64,000 nt of DNA from Chrysomallon squamiferum (lineage: Eukaryota; Animalia; Mollusca). The stretch is from positions 14,384,001 through 14,448,000 of the forward strand of contig CM022669.1 in the NCBI GenBank assembly GCA_012295275.1, written 5' to 3'. The first letter of the stretch is position 1; every line of letters starts with the position of its first letter. Position numbers and translations under genes: made by a program. The notes beneath the pieces were generated by a model that worked only from the letters and a program-made list of their open reading frames with translations, made no database searches and had not been told where the DNA came from. Below, in pieces: positions 1 to 13,695 of the stretch.

Positions 1-78
1 GCCTGGCCCCCCATTCCTCTCGAGTGATGATTCGTGGACATCCAGGCAACTGAAGGTCAGCATTAAAGTGTGCTACGC
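1..78 (-). CDS. PGRP: Peptidoglycan recognition protein (PGRP, amidase_2 family), internal coding exon truncated by the window edge
   Basis: Minus strand after the acceptor ttttcttttctag reads (G)VAHFNADLQLPGCPRIITREEWGAR. CPxIIxRxxWGAR is the canonical start of animal PGRP domains. Phase-1 acceptor. Confidence 0.85.
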
Positions 79-399
79 CTAGAAAAGAAAAGAAAAAAAA
101 TAATGTCAAAAATGATTTTTTTTGGTTTACCTAGATTCATAAAAAAATAATTGTAGTAGAATGAGTTTTAAGTTTTTATTTTTATTTTAGTTTTTTATTT
201 GTTCTATAATGGGTTTGTTTGTTTGTTTTCGTTTGTTATAAATGAATATTGTTTTTCATTTTATTAATAAACAAAGTTTCAATGATAAATATATTAATTT
301 AATTTTAGCTGTTCATATACTGATTCATGATGTTTATGTAAATTATGTTTTTGTTTCTTACTTAGTTGTTTTATGTAAACATTGAATTATAAATCTCTC

Positions 400-604
<205 letters not shown>

Positions 605-659
605 AAAACTCTCTCAGTCTAAGAAAAACTCCAAATCAAAATAAATAAATAAAACAAAC

Positions 660-738
660 CTTGGCAAACCGAATAACTCCATAAAGCAAATAAATTAATA
701 AAATGAAAGCAGAAGAAGTCATTATCATTTTCTTTTTT
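660..738 (-). CDS. Probable PGRP signal-peptide exon (ATG at 728) with an apparent 1-nt frameshift
   Basis: Acceptor actttcag|, then ATG reading MIMTSSAFILLI..., donor AAG|gtttgt at 660. Adding one T in the run at 692-694 gives MIMTSSAFILLILFALWSYSVCQ-G, a signal peptide in phase 1 that joins exon 1-78. Confidence 0.6.
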
Positions 739-1678
739 CTGAAAGTATTTTAGAACCTAGGAGATATTACTGTTGTTGTTGTTGTTGTTATTATTTATCT
801 TAAAAAAGAAGAAAAAGAAACACAAGGATAGCATGTTTTTTTTTTTATTATTATTGAAGATGTACATTAAATAAATAAATATTAGAAACAGTTCTAGCAA
901 TAGTACTAGTAATAAATAAATAAATGATGATAATGATTATGATAATAATAATAATAATGGCAATGATGATAATGACGATGATGATAATAATAATAATAAC
1001 TTATATTGCAGTCACAGATAACAGTCTCAGGTTTGCGAGATGAAATTTAAATATTAAATGTAATTAAATGCAGTATACAAATCTATTACACATGAACAGT
1101 ACATTTTGTTCTTCTTCGTAATGCTTAATACTTAGTTAATAGTTACTTATAACAATATAAATAAATGGATTATTATCAGAGAGTCAAAAGATAATAATGG
1201 TTTAAAACAGCACCAGTAAATTAAAATATAACTATATATACAAAATTTAATAACAGATGTAAGTAATTCAGTATAATTTTTGTGTTTATAACCCTTCTTG
1301 AAAGAACTATTTTCGTTTGATTTACTTTATCTGTACAGTCCATTTCAAAACGAAAACACGAATCTAAATACTACAAGAACGGAAATTCACTAACATATTA
1401 CATGAAGAAATTATCTACAAAGGGAAAAATTATAGTTAAAAGCGTACATTTACAATTATAACCGTCATAGTACTTCAGTAAATACAAACAGATATTTGAA
1501 CTTACAACAAAAACACTTAATTTAATTCAACTACCAGCAATTTAATTTACGTGAAAAATAATCAGAAACTAAAAACAAAACAAAAAATAGAACAAAAAAG
1601 GAAACAACATATTACTCAAAGAATCATCTGAAAAGGTATATAACTATACAGTGAAATTTGAATATTTATAGATATTAC

Positions 1679-1830
1679 CTTCCGTGTTACTTCGGAACCG
1701 TGTCTGTCTTAGCTGTATTTAGAAAACTGTTTCTAGATAATGAAGTAACCAGATACAAATAAAAGTCAGCTGTTGACTGATATAAAAAAAAAGATAAGAT
1801 AAAAACTGTTCTCGCTCGTGTGAGTCATAC
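1679..1830 (-). promoter_or_regulatory. Candidate PGRP promoter and non-coding first exon
   Basis: Donor GAAG|gtaata at 1679. Initiator-like TCAGT at 1780-1776, no ATG in the exon, GATA motifs at ~1792-1802, AP-1 site TGAGTCA at 1821-1827. Confidence 0.4.
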
Positions 1831-1968
1831 TAGTCTTTCGTTTTGAAATGATCATTCAAAAAAATAAATTATTTTAATTAATTATTATTTTTTAATTTGT
1901 TTGTTTGTTTATCCGTTTGTTTTTGTCGTAATTATTGTTTTTATTTTATTAATATTATTTATTTATTT

Positions 1969-2050
<82 letters not shown>

Positions 2051-2614
2051 GATTCATTCCTTCATTCCTTCATTCCTTCATTTATGTATTTGTTTATTCA
2101 TTTATTTGTTCATTTATTTACTCATTCTTTCGTCTGTTTTGTTCAATTTAATTTTTTTGCTGAAGCACAAGGAAGGTCATAAAATATTTTGTTATGTTTA
2201 TCTCTTGCTGTGTTATTTTATCTGACAAGTTTTCATTGTTCAGTCTAAAGTCTGTCAGTGTTTATAATTGTAATAAAATAGTTTCGTGTATTTTATATTC
2301 AACAAAATTACTGATTTTTAGTCACTTAAATAAAAAAAATGAAGTACCACAGCAGTGATACGAAATCCTTATTTTAACGTCATGTTCTGTTATGATCAGT
2401 ATACAGCAACAATGTGATTAATTTTCGCAGGCCATTTCTTACATAAAAATGTCGACGATTTTGTATATGCTTTACAATGGAAAATTAACAGATTTAATAA
2501 ATTTAAAAAAATATTGAGAAAAATTTTTTCCGATAAGAATACTCAAAAACAGACGATTAATTGAATAAAATAAATAAATAAATGAAGGAATGAAGCAATG
2601 AATCAATAATCAAA

Positions 2615-2645
<31 letters not shown>

Positions 2646-2807
2646 TAATTAATTAATTAATTAATTAAAATAAAATAAAATAAAATAAAATAAATTTTTG
2701 ATTTGTTGAAATTAACAAGCAAGACTGAGTCGACGGTCAACGATAACGAGGTTGCTGTCGCTTAGTATTTTAATTTGAAGTGAAAAATAAACTTGTTGAT
2801 CTGTCGA

Positions 2808-2880
<73 letters not shown>

Positions 2881-3559
2881 GAGAAAGAAAACGAAGGATA
2901 ATGGGTTTTTTTTTTATAATTTGTTTTGTCTTATTAAATATCAGTAAAATATATACAAAAGTAATGACAACAACAGCAGTAGGAACAACAACAACATAAA
3001 CAACAACATCAACAATACTACTATTTTTACTAAATAATAATAACAATAATAATAATAATAATAATAAAAGTTTTCCTTTTTTTTTTAACGATAATAATCA
3101 GATTTGTTATTAAGTCTATGATAATGACATAACTTGCTAAAACGTCGAAAACACCATAAAACTAGATTCGTAACTTAAGAATGTTCTTTTAACCACCATG
3201 GTTAATTTATTTAATGAAATCAATACAGATACTCTCCACTCTCTTTTTAACAAGGCAAAAACAGAAAAATAACGATATATAAAAAAACCTAAAAAAAAAA
3301 AACCCCTGAACAACATAATTCATCAAACACATTTTTAACATATTTTTCAAAGTTATATCCACTGTGAAAGTTTATCAGGAGATTTTATAACGATCTACTT
3401 AAATCTGTTTTGCCTGGAGACAAAACTTGAATAAACATTACTAAGGATTGCGTTCAAAATGGCCACGGGATATTAAACTGAGGCAAATAATTTACTGAAC
3501 TGAATAGTAAAAACTAGGCAGCTTGTGCAAAGAAAACACTTATATAAATAACACTTGAC

Positions 3560-4780
3560 AGCTGACAGAATATTTATGTCAATCGGATATTAAGATTAGA
3601 CATTTAAAGACTGTATTTCTGACACAAAAAGGTATGTATGATGGCATTAAGACTAGACGTCAGACAGAAAGGTAATGCTAGCAAAATAAACATTGAAACG
3701 AGATGTTTTACACAAAATATACAAAAATATGACACAACGAATACGACATTTTAGCATTAAGACTGTATTTCTGACACAAAAAGTTATGTATGATGGCATT
3801 AAGGCTACCCGTCTTGAAAGAAGTTTGTATAACGATATAACATTAAAAGTAGACTTCTGAACCAAGGTATATATGTTAATGTAACATTAAAACTGGACCC
3901 CGACACAGTTCATGATGATATAACATTAAAACTAGACCTCTGACAAAAGGTGTATGACAACACAAAATTAAGACAAGATTATTTTACACAAAATATATAA
4001 AAATGTGACAATGACACTAGACATCTGGCACACTGAATATGATGGCAGTACAGCGTTAAGACTAGACTTATGACACAAGGGATATGATGATAAGGATATA
4101 CTTCTGATAAAAGGTACATAGTGATAATTATATCACTATCAGACACAAGGAATACAACAATATAACATTAGAACGATGCGTCTGACCCAAGGAATATATC
4201 GATTATAACATCATAGCCAGACTTCTGACAGAAGTTTTATGTTAAAACGTTGTTACAGGCTTCTGAGACTAGGAATATAATAACATAAACATTAGGGCTA
4301 GACACTAGAAATATAACAGTATAACATAGAACTAGACTTCTGACATTAGATATATAACAGTATAACATAGAACTAGACTTCTGACACTAGAAATATAACA
4401 GTATAACATAGAACTAGACTTCTGACACACAAAAAGTTTTGTCTCTACGTTATTACAGACTTCTGACACTAGGAATATAACAGTATAACATAGAACTAGA
4501 CTTGTGACACAAGATTTTTGTCACTACGTTATTACAGACTTCTGACACTAGGAATATAACAGTATAACATAGAACTAGACTTCTGACACTAGGAATATAA
4601 TAATATGACATTAACAGTAGACTTCAGACAAAAGGTATATAACAGTATCAAGCAAGAAATATGAAGTTACAAAACAGACTAAACTTTTGACGAAAGTAAG
4701 CATATGAAGATATAACAATTGACGTCAATAATTACGGTATTATAACGCAAATATCTGACAAAACAAAGCATATAATCGTG
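3560..4780. repeat. Minisatellite with ~41-bp unit, degenerate toward both ends
   Basis: Core actagacttctgaca recurs at 4331, 4372 and 4413 (41-bp spacing). Variant units (..ctacgttattacagacttctgaca) are interspersed. Confidence 0.85.
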
Positions 4781-6161
4781 ATAAATTGATGCAGCTTATT
4801 TCAGTAATTTTTCTGCCTTCACAACAGTTGCCAACGAAGATTTGTTAGCGAGTTGTATTTGTGACAGTTGAATAACAAGCACAGAACGAGATTCACAGAC
4901 ATCTGGAATGTATTAAAGGCGAGGTATATTAGTAGAAACACTGTCTACACTAATTTGACATGATGTGACATGCGGGCAGATATTCGGAAAATGTGGACTG
5001 TGGTATGGTTTTTAAGCATTTCGTGTTTTATGGTTATAAAATTTTAAAATACTACTACAACAAAAACTACTAATTATTACTTATACGACTACTACTACTA
5101 CTACTACTATTATTATTATTACTACTACTACTATTATTTTCTTATTATTAACAAAAATAATAGCAGTAATAATAATAGTAATAATAATAATTATTAATAA
5201 TGATGATGATAACAATAAACAATAACAAACAAAATTAAGAATATCAAAATATATTAATCTTTATTGAATGAAAAATAACCATAACCATATATATATATAT
5301 ATATATATAAATTATATAAATACACAATTTGTGATAATATTTATACATCTGTATATTGCACGCTCATTTTTTTTTTCACAACATTTCCACATAATTACAA
5401 CCAACTGTATGAACATTATATTGATATGATCTTTTAATCACATTAAAAATAACAGTAACAGTACATAACAATATATATATATATATTTTTTCGTTTCTTT
5501 ACAAACACTTTTGCCCCTGATATATATATATATATATATATTATTAAATTTACTTTTGTTACAGGTTAAATACGTCAGTAATTATGTGAACATTTCAACG
5601 TATTAAGATTTATATGAGCATATAAACACATTACAACTGCACGTCAAACAATGACATGCACGCACACAAACACGCGCACTGTAAACCACTGTCTTTACAT
5701 TTCTGATAATAAAATTTTTTTACTGAATCTTAATCACAGATTAATACGGCTGCTTGTCACCAATCACAGTAACAGTTTTGGGGTTTTTATTATTATTATT
5801 ATTATTATTATAAAAACGTTTTCAAACATTATATTCAATTTGGAATGATATCTGTATAATGTTATTGGCAGTCAAGTATGTACAGTAGCATATATACATG
5901 TTTGTGTATATGTAGATATAGATACAGATATATACATAGATAAACAGACAGATATATGAAGATATCTGTGTGTGTGTGTATGTGTACGTGTCTGTGCACA
6001 CACACACACACACACACGCATTACATTATTACGTTAATTGTTATGGCTTGTATAAAAATCAGTTTTCACTGACCGGAATGTAACATAAATCTTTTGGATA
6101 TGAATAACGAATCAGACAACGATCGCTGATCGCTGTTCGTCGTGGTGATCATTTTTTTTTT

Positions 6162-7415
6162 TTACAAAACGCCAATAAAACCAATCTGATTACCGAACGG
6201 AAATCCGTCCCTGTGATGAGAGAAGAAGTCCTGTGGGTGACAGCACGTGCAGATTCCCGCAGACGTTTCGTCGATGTGCTCGGCCAGAATCCCTTCCCTC
6301 TGCAGCAGCAACGTGTTCGCTCTGAAGAGGTCCACGGTTGACTCGTCGTCGCTGATTTTGTTAACGCAGTCGGGGCTTATCGCCTCGAATCCCGAGACCA
6401 GAGCGTCACTGGATTTCAAAACTGCGCAGCAAGGCCTCAGCGCCGGACCCAGAGCCACGCGGATATCCCTGGGGTCGCAGTGGAAGTTGTCGACCATCGC
6501 CCGAACTGTTTCTGAAACGGCCGCCATGGTGGTGCCTCTGTAACCCGTGTGTACAGCGCCGCAGATCTTCTTAACGGGATCGCCGAAAATTACGGGAACA
6601 CAGTCTGCTCCAGGCGCTGCTATGGTCACGCCTTTCTGGTCGGTCACTATTCCGTCGTACTTGAATGGCTCGTCCTTGCCCTTGACCCAGACGACATTCC
6701 CGTGTTCTGGTTTCGCCAGGTGGAACGCTTCGGTGTCGAACCCGGAGTCGGCGGCAACGCGTCTGAGGTTCTCTTTGATGACGATGGGCGGGTCTCTCTT
6801 CTTCACGGTGAACAGCAGGTTCAAGGAGCTCAGCGTCGGAATGGTCGTGATGCCGCCATTTCTCGTCGTGAAGCCGTGAACAAATCCGTCACCTTCGAAC
6901 AGCGGCGAGCGCATGATGTTCAGCTTGCCTATCGGTTCTATGCTTCGTAAGTAGTTAGCAGCTTTTACCTCGACGTCGACGTCGTCGTCACCGTCGTCGT
7001 CTGATCCTTTTTCGGACGTCGAATTTTCTTCACCGCCTACAACGGCATTCACCGCCCACTGGTGAACCGGAGTGAGCAACAGCTCGCAGGTTTTGGTCCA
7101 GAATTTCGTCTTCTCGGCAGAACTGACCAAGAGAACGTCTTGGATCTCACTCCGATCGAGAATCGTCTTGGCTCTGTAAAACGAGCTTACTTCGTTCGTG
7201 TCGCCGATCACTTCGCAGGAGTTAAAGACGAGGATTTTTTTCACGTTGCTGCTGACGGCATCGTGGCGGCTGGTTGACGTGATGAAGTAGACGTGGTTGT
7301 CGAATTTGCCGTCGGAGGTGATGAGTCTCTCCGTGTGTGTCAAAATGAGATCGGTGGAGTGATGCTTCTGGAAGCAATCGACAATGACAGCTCTGAGAGG
7401 ATTTTTTGAAGACAT
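6162..7415 (-). CDS. LACC1: LACC1/FAMIN-like purine nucleoside phosphorylase (YfiH/PgeF family), paralog A, 417 aa, single coding exon
   Basis: Motifs HGFTTRNGG, SLNL, EHGNVVW, YDGIVT..GADCVP..DP....GAVHTGYRG, LGP...CC, CTCCHPQDFFSHHRDG..FGNQIGFI, plus a metazoan-type N-terminal domain. His-Cys-His triad intact. Candidate polyA signal AATAAA (minus) at 5260-5265. Confidence 0.95.
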   Translation of the reverse strand: MSSKNPLRAVIVDCFQKHHSTDLILTHTERLITSDGKFDNHVYFITSTSRHDAVSSNVKKILVFNSCEVIGDTNEVSSFYRAKTILDRSEIQDVLLVSSAEKTKFWTKTCELLLTPVHQWAVNAVVGGEENSTSEKGSDDDGDDDVDVEVKAANYLRSIEPIGKLNIMRSPLFEGDGFVHGFTTRNGGITTIPTLSSLNLLFTVKKRDPPIVIKENLRRVAADSGFDTEAFHLAKPEHGNVVWVKGKDEPFKYDGIVTDQKGVTIAAPGADCVPVIFGDPVKKICGAVHTGYRGTTMAAVSETVRAMVDNFHCDPRDIRVALGPALRPCCAVLKSSDALVSGFEAISPDCVNKISDDESTVDLFRANTLLLQREGILAEHIDETSAGICTCCHPQDFFSHHRDGFPFGNQIGFIGVL

Positions 7416-7434
7416 AATATTTTATTTCTCATAC

Positions 7435-7950
7435 CTGAAAGCACAGAATGAGAGTCCTTATTACCTTATCAGATGACTCACAGACACATGTCACTACATA
7501 TACAAACAAGATAACTATTATTTACACCTACGTTTATCTATGCAAATATAGTTGTGCATAGACATGCACAAAACAATTTTTAATGATGATAGAATAATAC
7601 TACACGAGTAGTAGTAGTAATAATATTAACAATAGTAATAGCAGTACTTGTAAAATTAGTAACAGAAGCAGTTACAATTAGTAGTAGTGGCACTAGTAGT
7701 AATACTAGCAGTAGTTACAGCAGCAATAATAACAGTATCAGAAGTGACAAGAATGATAGTAGTAGTGATTGTTGTAGCAGTAGAGGCATTTGTTTGTTGA
7801 TTTATTTAATTGTATTTACTACTGTTATTTATTTTATTTTGTTTTATCTTATCTTATCTTATTTTATTTATTTATTTATTTTATTGCTCCCTTTAGTTTC
7901 TTTGACTTGAGTCGGAATTTTTATTTAAGTATTTATATATTTTTTTATTT

Positions 7951-8005
<55 letters not shown>

Positions 8006-8020
8006 TTTTTTTTTTTTTTA

Positions 8021-8077
<57 letters not shown>

Positions 8078-8130
8078 CAGATCAGGGGAATGTGTCAAAA
8101 TTAAAATAAATAAATAAATTTAAAACTCAC
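7435..8130 (-). other. 5'UTR intron of LACC1 paralog A (upstream non-coding exon ends at 8131)
   Basis: Acceptor gctttcag| 19 nt upstream of the ATG; strong donor TTG|gtgagt at 8131/8130. Confidence 0.65.
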
Positions 8131-8819
8131 CAAAATAGTGCGTAAATCTACATTTCCCAATACTGTAAGTTAGGGCCCTGAACGTGATTGCCTATCTACA
8201 CTGGTATCTGAGCTAAGTCTCCTTAAACTGAACCCGGAAGAAATAAACGTCGTTAACCCGAAACACATATCAGTGAGAATGAAGAGATAATTGTTTAAAC
8301 AGGGGTAGATTTTCAAATGCGTTTGTGTTTCTTTGTAACTCTACGTTTCATCTTCCTCAGTTCGTGACGATCTGAAACCTGCGCCAACAACAGGGTCATT
8401 TATGTTTACAAACGCCTTTTAAAATCTACGAATTATCTCCCCTTTCCATTCATTGACGAAACAAGACCTAACTAAAGTATTTACTTTAAATTTACGATTT
8501 TAATATATATATAGATTATGTTTTACTGTGAAGCTAATAAATAGTACTATTTACTTAAAGTATTTACTAACCTGAACCTCGTTTCCAAAACAACAGAACA
8601 ACATACTTGACAAAGGCACGGTTGCTATTAAAAGCTTTCTTCATGACAAACTGAGGTATCGCTGTAAAACTAGGTCACGCTAAACAAATATATAAGTCGG
8701 TCAGTGTGTCGCTTATCTTTGTTTAAATAACAGTCACTGCGATGTACATACATGACATGTTTCACGGACAGTTCTCCCTCCCTGGCTGAATCGGGATTAC
8801 TTCGCAAAGCAATAATATT

Positions 8820-9080
8820 TCCACCAGAATTCCCCCCCGAATCCATTGTCATATTACTTCCTGTAGCGGAAGTTATTATTAATCGGCAGAATGCGAACGG
8901 TTATTAAAGGAAAATAAAAATAAAAAATTAAACTTAAAAATTAAAAATAAAACGTCATGAGTTTCCGAAACATACCGGAATTAGAGAAAGTGTATATTTA
9001 TAGTCCTCAAGGAAAACACTTATTAATTTAAAAATAGCCAGTTCTTTGTAAAATGAAAACTGAAACGGGAATAGGAATTC
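8820..9080 (-). promoter_or_regulatory. Candidate upstream regulatory region of LACC1-A with kappaB-like and IRF-like motifs
   Basis: GGGGAATTCT (minus) at 8826-8835, GAAAACTGAAAC at 9055-9066, locally CpG-rich. Motif matches only. Confidence 0.35.
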
Positions 9081-9995
9081 CTCCTGTGCAATATCGGAAT
9101 CTAGTTACGGTTTGTGATAATTAAAATATATCTCCTGTATGCTTTCTGTATCTGTTATTATCATCATCATCATCATCATTTATTTATTTATTTTCTTTCC
9201 TGCTGTACAGCGAAATTAATAAATATAATCTCTAAAGCTATATATCTATTATAGTATTACACTTCGATCGTCTTTTTTGTAAATACTTGACCCACTCAAT
9301 ATAATTATAATTGTCTCTCCTTACTGAACTCTTAAGATTTTATTTTTAAATGTTATTATATTAAGACGGATATAAGACGCCAGTAACAAAGAGCAAATAT
9401 AAGTTTATATCCTGAGTGTGTTATGTGTTTATTTCACACTCTTTAGACGAGAGTTCAATAAGAGTTGTTTATTTAAACTTTCTCTTTACTTATTTATTTA
9501 TATATCTATTTATTTATTTATTTATTAGTTGTTGTTTTGTTTTTGTTTTTATTTGTATTAATTAGTTAGGTTTTTTTTTTACTAAAATATTTAATTCATT
9601 TTATTTAATAAATTAAAAACATTTCTGTGTACATGAATACACAGGTTTTCAGTTACATTGGTCACCTCATTCAGTGAAAGTCGTGACTGTTCAGTTTAAA
9701 AATATATGTATGTGAACAATATGTCTTTTTATTATCATGCGTCAAACATTTAAAGCAAAATAACAAAAGGAAAAATAATAAACTAACGAACTAAGTAAAT
9801 AAATAACAACACAAACAAAAAATTAACTAACCAACAAACGAACTAAATAAATAAATAATTAATTAAAAACTCACTAGCGAAACAGTTAGGTTACTGTGCT
9901 TAATTAATTCTGTTTACTTCTGTTTTTTAAGTCAGTCTTAACCACATTTATTTTATTTTTAATTAGAAAAGAACGGTGTGCATATGCTTGTGTGT

Positions 9996-10088
<93 letters not shown>

Positions 10089-10214
10089 AGAAGAAAGAGA
10101 AATAGAGAGAGAGTCTGTATTCAGATAAAATCTTTCATTCGAATTAGGATAACGTAAATATGTTTTGAAGAGGTTAAACTGACTATTTATTTTTTTTTTC
10201 ATTTTTTATTTATT

Positions 10215-10253
<39 letters not shown>

Positions 10254-10516
10254 GGTAATTATTTAAACAAAAATATGAACGATTTAGCTTTAGGCAAAAC
10301 GTGACTACTGAAAAATATTGCGTTACTTGTCTTTGTTCCTAATCAGTTTTTATTTCTTTCGAAGGTATGTTATTAAAACCCGAGTTGACTGATCTTCATT
10401 TAAATATCTGGCAATAAATCAAAATAGTTATATCAACTTCCCCTAAGTGCTCTTTGTACTTATAATTATAATAATAAAGATCATGCGTATTTTAGTGTGT
10501 GTGTGTATGTATGTTG

Positions 10517-10573
<57 letters not shown>

Positions 10574-11101
10574 TTTAAGCACGTAGATACTGAAATCGTA
10601 ATAATACCGCTAACTGTTTTCAAGCAGTATTAGTCATTTTCTCACAAACACACCTCTACCCCTCCCCACCTCACCTCGCCGTACACACCTGCGGTTACCT
10701 TTTTGTTGCAAAGTTATAACGCATTATGAGACCGGATTAGTTTTTCTGAAACATTACCTGTTTAAAAACAAGCATTAATATATATAGATATAGATATAAA
10801 TATAGATAGATATGTCCCACCGAATACTTGTATATAAACAATTATATCAAAAGATACTGAAATATATTCCACCTTGTTAAACATTTGGCATTATGCTGGT
10901 AAAAGTCTAAAAAAACAACCAAATGTATCAACATAATTTCTTCAACACGCTTATTAACTTTGTGACAGTGTCAGTCATACAGATGATGAATGAAACAGGT
11001 TCATATTGTCTCAGTTCAAAATGTCACGAGTAACAAATAAAATAAATCACACTCAACAGCTGAAAGAAAATAATGACGTAATTTCCTTGTTTTCATTGTT
11101 T

Positions 11102-11150
<49 letters not shown>

Positions 11151-12964
11151 TGCTACTCTTGTTGTTTCTGCTGGTGCTACTACGTCTACTTCAGTTACTA
11201 CCACTACTGCTCAGTTGCACTGTTACTACAACTGTTAGTTTTCAGACATTAGCAGAAAACGTTTAAATGATTATTTGCAGCAAAATGTTAAATCGGTTGT
11301 AGCAGTCGTATAAAATTTAATAATTTAAGCTCTGATATATATATAGTTTTCGAAAGAAAAATAGTAGTTTTCGTTCGAAATAAAATAACATTAATTTCTG
11401 ATTTGTTTTGCAAAATAATTAAAAATGCATTTATATCTGCTGTGGAAACAAATATATGCATAACTTTAACACGTTTAACATATATAAATAAAATAAAATA
11501 AAATAAAATAAAATAAATATTGTATTTAAAAGAAGAAAAAAAATAAGTAAATAAAAAAAATAATAAAACATTTGCTTAGAAATAAAAATGAGACGAAAAC
11601 ATCCGATATTCGCCGAATAATTTCGAGCATATATTTTGTTATTTTTTTTTTTTTACACTTCCTAATAGCAGCAGTTCGGCGGGAATTTGTCAGTCAATAA
11701 ATATGACAGCAATCAAATGATAACTAAATAATACTTTTAAGTCTGCAGCGTAAACCGAATAACCTTTCATAACAAACGTGCATTGCCTAACAATGGAGGT
11801 GGGTTTTTAAAAAATAAATTAAAAAAATAGCAATATTTTATCTATAATCATCCTGTCCCTTTCAATCCCCTAACAAAGCCCCAACCGAAGTTGTGAACTG
11901 ATTTACACTGATAACTTACCCTTGTCTTGTCCTGTCTCTTTTGTGTATTGTAAATGTTGCGTGCAAGTCGCATTTTATACCTTCCCTACAGCCTACATAC
12001 TGCAGTCAGCTGACTGATGCTAGGACAGGCTTTCTTCCTGGTGCGTTTATTTAGGTAAACGAAACTGGTTACTAGTCTACTAAGGAGTGGTTCCACTGAG
12101 TTTTTTTTTTTGTTTTTACCAGTGGAAAGAGATTGTTTTTAAAAAACACATTTTATTTCTCCAGCTTTTCACTAAATAGTCTCAAATCATTCGATTTGGA
12201 CATAACGAAGGCGCATGTCACAAGGGAAGGCCTAAAAGACGTTCACGGCTTGGTTTGTTACTATTTTTACCCCTGTCGCTCTCCCATGATCGATAGCGGT
12301 TTGTCCCTGGCGATTTTAGCGATACGACAACGCCATGTACCCTTAAGCTCTTACAGATAAAGCAGACGACATCCGTTTCATATTGACAAGAAATACTACA
12401 TAACTTGGCGAAAGCTTTTTGACCATATTTGTGCATTCTAAACGACGGAATTATATTGAATGTTTATAATTAAAAAAAAAAAAATAATAATAATAATAAT
12501 AATAATATTCACAAGCATCAGTAGAAATAGAGACAATAATTTATGGTGTGTAATGATAATAATAGAGAAGAAAAATGATCCTGCTATTATTTGCACAACG
12601 TGCCGATTAGCACAAAGGGTAATTAATTTTTATATTTAATAAATAAATGCATAAAGAAGTAAATAACTAAATAAATGATGAAGATGAAGATGATGAGTAT
12701 GACGACAAAAAAATATCCACCAGCCGCAGCAGCAACAACTACATCAAAAACAACAACAACAGTAATACAGTAAGTAATAAGATAAAGAAAAAAAATCATA
12801 AAATCTTTAAAAAAAATTAATAATAATAAATAATAATAATAATAATAATAAAATAAAAAGGTAAAAACGAACAGGGTCTATATCATTTACTGATTTTTTG
12901 TATTATTATTACTCTTTCTTTTACAACATCTATAATACAAATAACTGGTAAATGCTTTTTCATG

Positions 12965-13065
<101 letters not shown>

Positions 13066-13466
13066 ACACCTACGGTTTCAGGGTTATGAGAAAGTGTAAG
13101 TTAAACGTTCTCACAAATTTCATATAATCTCCTGTTAAATATTTATATATATATTTTTTTTCTTGTAATATTATTCACCGAATGCTTGTGATAAATAACA
13201 CGGATACAAAAGGCTTCAGAGAGCGTAAATTAATTAGTGAAAATCTGAATAATGTAAGCAACATTAATCGAGTAAATATATCAATGAATATTAAAAGCCA
13301 ACTTTTCAAACTAATCGATATATGTTTCTCTTTGTATGTATATAAATATGTGTAGATGTATGCATGTTTGTATATGAAGATGTGTATCTGTGCATGTATG
13401 AATGTATGTATGTGTATGTATGTGTGTATGTGCGTGAATATTTATGTATGTATGTATGTATATATA

Positions 13467-13536
<70 letters not shown>

Positions 13537-13695
13537 TATGTTTAAATGTATATGAATATATGTATAACTTCATATATGCGTTCATGCACTAATAAAACTG
13601 TTATACTAATCCCTTGACATGACGAAATATTTAGAAACAAAAGGAGCAATGGACAAATGAAATTCGGTAAGCTGTTTGCCTGCCGAGAGGAATGC

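Noticed and set aside
79-140. Alternative PGRP start ATG-AAT-CTA-G with donor at 131/130
   Set aside because: The phase fits, but it needs a 52-nt intron and gives no signal peptide; the 660-738 exon is the better candidate.
3560-4780. CRISPR-like look of a constant core with variable intervening sequence
   Set aside because: The intervening parts are diverged copies of each other rather than unique spacers; eukaryotic context and no cas genes.
6152-6163. A-run directly after the LACC1-A stop codon as a retrocopy poly(A) relic
   Set aside because: A/T runs are ubiquitous here, no target-site duplication is visible, and paralog B lacks such a run.
6162-7415. Horizontal transfer or bacterial contamination (intronless, GC-rich yfiH-like ORFs)
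   Set aside because: Both copies carry the metazoan LACC1 N-terminal domain, LACC1-like C-terminal motifs and spliceosomal 5'UTR acceptors, and are embedded in host microsatellite DNA.
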